This document shows, piece after piece, positions 59,885 to 64,000 of a DNA stretch of 64,000 bases (positions within the stretch are counted from its first letter, which is position 1; every line of letters starts with the position of its first letter). The stretch covers positions 131,523,264 to 131,587,263 of the forward strand of contig NC_068984.1 in NCBI RefSeq assembly GCF_001194135.2, given 5' to 3'. The notes beneath the pieces are model-generated. The model was not told where the DNA came from, made no database searches, and saw only the letters and a program-made list of their open reading frames with translations. The position numbers and the translations under genes were made by a program. Source of the DNA: Octopus bimaculoides. Lineage: Eukaryota.

Positions 59885-60097
59885 TAGAGTGGTCCAAAAG
59901 TAGGTTTACAGTTATCACGTAGGCATTTTAAATCTCTTTTAAAACATTTTATTACATATAAATTTCTCTCTTACAATTAACTAAATTAGCATGGAATAAT
60001 GGTTTCATATTTTTTTTATAATTAAGATCTAAACTATTAATATATGAAATGGAAAGTGATAGCTGAATAACTGTAAACCTACTTTTGGGCCACCCTA
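59885..60097. mobile_element. Tc1/mariner-type MITE
   Basis: 31-bp TIRs tagagtggtccaaaagtaggtttacagttat / ataactgtaaacctacttttgggccacccta (29/31); TA on the right flank. Confidence 0.85.
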
Positions 60098-60117
60098 TAT
60101 TCCAGATACCAGCTTGA

Positions 60118-60330
60118 GAACGGTTTCAAATTTTAGCACATGGTCAGCAGTTTTAGGGAGAAGGGGACAGTTGATTACATCAGCCTAATGGATCAATACT
60201 TTATTTTGCCAACTTCAAAAGGATAAAAGGCAAAGTTGGCCTTGGCAAGATTTGAACTCAGAATAGAGAGATAAGATGAATATTACTAAGCATTTTGTCT
60301 GATGCCTGAATGATTCTGCAAGATCCTACC
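60118..60330 (-). mobile_element. SINE family B, degenerate
   Basis: Family-B core and tail type 1. Confidence 0.7.
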
Positions 60331-60340
60331 TTATTAAGAT

Positions 60341-61012
60341 ATTCTTTTATTTGTTTCAGTCATTTGACTGCGGCAATGCTGGAGCACTGCCTTTTGTCGA
60401 ACAAATCAACCCCAGGACTTATTCTTTGTAAGCATGTTACTTATTCTATTGGTCCCTTTTGCCGAACTGCTAAGTTATGGGGACATAAACACGCCAACAT
60501 CGGTTGTCAAGCAATGGTGGTGGGGACAACACGTACACACAAACACACACACACACACACATATATAAATTTAAAATAATAAAGGTGAAAAATTGAATAT
60601 TAATTTGATTAATATCAATTTACGTTCTGGCATTTGCCGATTTTTCTTGAGAACAACCTTTTCTTAGTGGTAAGACCATAGGGGGTCTACTTCTAGCATA
60701 ATGGATGTCCACTTAGTGGTCATCCCTCTTATATGTATGTAATTTTATATATNNNNNNNNNNNNNNNNNNNNNNNNNNNNNNNNNNNATATATATATATA
60801 TATATATATAGGTATAGATATAGATATATAGATATAGATATATATACACAATGGGCTTCTTTCAGTTTCTGTCTTCCAAAGCCACTAACAAGGCTTTGGT
60901 CAGCCCGAGGCTATACAAGAAAACACTTGCCCAAGGTGCTACGCAGTGGGACTGAACCCAGAACCATGTGGTTGGTAAGCAAGCTACTTACCACACAGCC
61001 ACTCCTGTGCCT
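60341..61012 (-). mobile_element. SINE family A split at its internal microsatellite by an unrelated insert and a gap
   Basis: Tail half at 60341-60565, head half at 60845-61012, foreign sequence at 60566-60750. Confidence 0.8.
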
Positions 61013-61063
61013 ATATTCCAATATTTTAAAAATATATTACAAAGTGGTCAGAAAGGATTCTCA

Positions 61064-61445
61064 AACATTGGGACTCACAGAGGGGATGACAGGGGACTCA
61101 GACTCTTGGCATTTTGCTGTGCTTGAAAAGACACATCAAGCTAAGTAAAATTGCGGTTGCCCTTGCATACAGGCTCTTCCCCTGCAACCCTCTCCAGCTG
61201 AGCATCCTTAATCTTGTGGGCTCATAAATGCTGGTGTCATGTAAAAAGCATCCGTGTTGGTGTTGTGTAAAAGCACTCAGTACACTCTGTAAAGTGGTTG
61301 GCATTAGGAAGGGCATCCAGCCATAGAAACCATGCCAAAACAGGCATGGAGCCTGAACAGCCCTTCAGCTGGTCAGCTTCTGTCAAACCATCCAACCATG
61401 CCATCATGGAAAACAGACGTTAAATGATGATGATGATGATGATGA
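61064..61445 (+). mobile_element. RTE 3' end
   Basis: TLGLTEGMTGDSDSWHFAVLEKTHQAK* followed by the 3' UTR and (GAT)n. Confidence 0.85.
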
Positions 61446-62235
61446 TATTTCAACAGAAATATTATAAGCAAAAGTAAAATAACAAAAGTGCTAAACAGAG
61501 CATTAACATCATCAAAATCAGATATAAAACGGTATATACAAATGATATACAAAAGTCAGGGCATTGCCTCTTCACCCACACTCAGCAAGTACAAAAGAAA
61601 AAAAAAAAAGAATCCTCCGACAACTAATACAAATCAGTTTGAAAGTTACAAACTTCCAGTATGTTACTAAACAGATGTGGGTATTTCTAGATTCCAGGCA
61701 TCATATAACAGCCTAAGTATGTAGGCAACAGACATGGCTGAGTGGTTAAGAAGCTTGCTTCCTAACCATGTGGTTGTGGGATCAATCCCACCTTATGCTA
61801 ATGTCTTTCACTATAACCCTGGACTGACCCTCACCAAAGTTTATTTGTCTATCTAACTATCGCTCTCTTCCTCTTTCTTTCTTTCTTTCTTAACTTACAC
61901 ACATATGTGGATTTCTGCATAGCTTCTTGCCCCAAACTCCACTTACAAAGTACTGGCCAACTTGAGGACATAATAACAAACTCTTACCACAGATGACAAA
62001 CCTGAGAGCAAATCTGGAGTCACATAGTTGTGAAGCAAACCACTTGACCATATAACCATTGAATGGATTTTAAATAAATCTTTGATAAGGAATATAAGGC
62101 ACATTGTTGGTTTCATGAAGCTCTTGAAAATTCATTTATGTTTTAAATTTTAGAAGCAGTCATTCAACCAGAGATATTCACATTTTCAATTCTATGTGTT
62201 TCACAGGAAAACCTTCACAAAAATACACTTTGTGC

Positions 62236-62985
62236 ATGGCAAGGTTTCTACAGCTGGATGCCCTTCCTAATGCCAACCACTCCAAGAGTGTAGTGGGCAT
62301 TTTTTATGTGCTACCAGCATGGGGGCCAGTCAGGCAGCACTGGCATCGGCCATGCTCGAATGGTGGTTTTTACATGCTACCAGCACTGGTATTGACCACA
62401 CTCACTTGAATGGTACTTCTTACATGTCACCGTCATGGGTGCCAGTCAGGCAGCAATGGCATTGGCCACGACAGCAATTTTACTTGACTCAGTAGGTCTT
62501 CTCAAGCACAGCACATTGCCTGACAACTGAAGGGAACTCTTAAATGGGCTGGTTATGTGACACTGGCATAGGTCATAGCTATGATCTCACTTAGCTTGCT
62601 GGGTCATCTCAAGCACAGCATATCTCCAAAGGTCTCAGTCACTTGTTATTGCCTCAGTGAGGCCCAACGTTCGATGGTCACGCTTCACCACCTCATTTCA
62701 GGTCTTCCTGGGTTTTACCTCTTCCACAGTTAGAGATCGGCACTTCTTTACACAGCTGTCCTCACCCATACGTAACACATGACCATACCAGCACAGTTGT
62801 CTCTCTTGCACATCACACTTGATGCTTCTTATATCCAACTTTTCCCTCAGGGCACTCACACTCTGTCATGTATGCCCACTGATATTACACATTCAGCGGA
62901 GCAAACTAGCTTCATTTCTTTCAAGCCTACGCATGTCCTCAGCAGTCACATCCCATGTTTCATTGCCGTGTAGCATCGCTGTTCT
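62236..62985 (-). pseudogene. RTE-clade LINE fragment (RT C-terminal part and 3' UTR)
   Basis: Minus-strand RTAMLHGNETWDVTAEDMRRLERNEASLLR*MCN...QERQLCWYGHVLRMGEDSCVKKC...TLGLTEAITSD*DLWRYAVL. Confidence 0.9.
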
Positions 62986-63000
62986 ATGTGTGTGTGTGCA

Positions 63001-63079
<79 letters not shown>

Positions 63080-63282
63080 TGTGGTTGATCCCGTTAGTTT
63101 CAATGTATGAGTGTTTGAAGAAGACTGAAAATTAAAGCAACAGGAAAAAAAAAATGAAAAACTAAGAAACTGCACCCATTTGTGATGGCTGCATGAATGT
63201 AACTTCAGTCCAGGTATGGATTTTCGTATGAAGTCACAGTGGAAACATTGATAATTTTGATTTTGCCTGGGATTGGGCAAGG

Positions 63283-63539
63283 CAAACAGTTTGGCAAGAC
63301 TTGACAAGGACATTTAATTTAGATATATAATAATAAAAAGGTATATAGTCTCTAAAAGCTGTTTCTAGGATATTCAAGCTATTGGAAAATCATGCCAAGC
63401 AAAAATTCCATTGGCCAAGTATTCTGATGTTCAAATAGCTTGAATATTCTGGAAACAACTGTTAGAGACTACGTGTACTTTTTTATTATTATTATATATC
63501 TAAATTAAAAGTCCTTGTGAAGTCTTGCCAAATGGTTTG
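63283..63539. repeat. ~257-bp fold-back element with ~105-bp arms carrying hammerhead-like 3' halves
   Basis: caaacagtttggcaagacttgacaaggac...gatattcaagctattggaa pairs with ttcaaatagcttgaatattc...gtccttgtgaagtcttgccaaatggtttg. The arms contain GAAACAACTGTTAG (+) and GAAACAGCTTTTAG (-). Confidence 0.8.
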
Positions 63540-64000
63540 GCTTCAAAGAGAAGCCACTCCTAGCCGCTTCACATGCAGTTCAAACTGGAGTTTTAGTGGC
63601 ATACAGAATTGAGCACTCAGAGTGCATACTTGTTAGTTTGAGTTACCTGACAAAAATTCCTTGAATATTTTATTTGTATTTATCAATGTATGTATGTATG
63701 TATTTATGTGGCAGCAACACGGAAGACAACATGTAAACCAATGAAAAACATGCAAAGACTGTTAACTTCACTGAAACATTTATTATTTGTTATATGGCGT
63801 CATAACTTTTGCCACATGAACTGCAACCTGGTCACTGACAAGGATACATTGCATATGTGTGTGTGTGTGTGTGTGTGTATAGATATATATACATATACAT
63901 ACATATATATATATATATAGAAACACATATATATATATATACTGTATAAGTATGTATGTATACATGTGTGTGTGTGTGTATATCATCATATATATATATA

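Overview
Repeat-saturated, gap-rich eukaryotic non-coding DNA. I infer it is a coleoid cephalopod, most likely an Octopus draft assembly. That inference rests on the tRNA-headed SINE families, the (GAT)n-tailed RTE 3' ends, the very high density of (TA)n/(CA)n/(GAT)n microsatellites and about 20 N-gaps that mostly abut microsatellites. I cannot support any intact host protein-coding exon, rRNA, true tRNA gene or CRISPR array. Most ORFs in the supplied track are microsatellite or N-run artefacts, and the informative ones are transposon fossils. Recognisable relics: two 5'-truncated R4/Dong-type LINE pieces bounded by (TAA)n; a CR1/L2-group RT relic; many RTE 3' fragments; a fragmented hAT transposase fossil (17.7-21.6 kb); a Tc1 left end; piggyBac-, hAT-, Tc1/pogo- and Helentron-type non-autonomous elements; and several modular SINE families. 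The most interesting signal is a set of at least five, possibly seven, short elements with minimal type-I hammerhead-ribozyme (HHR) motifs. They have self-complementary stem III sequences, most lie in or next to (TA)n tracts, and several form fold-back (inverted) structures. One family has a non-canonical CUGUUGA core in two copies. SINE and LINE boundaries are approximate (about +/-10-20 nt); TIR, TSD and HHR coordinates were counted from the sequence.
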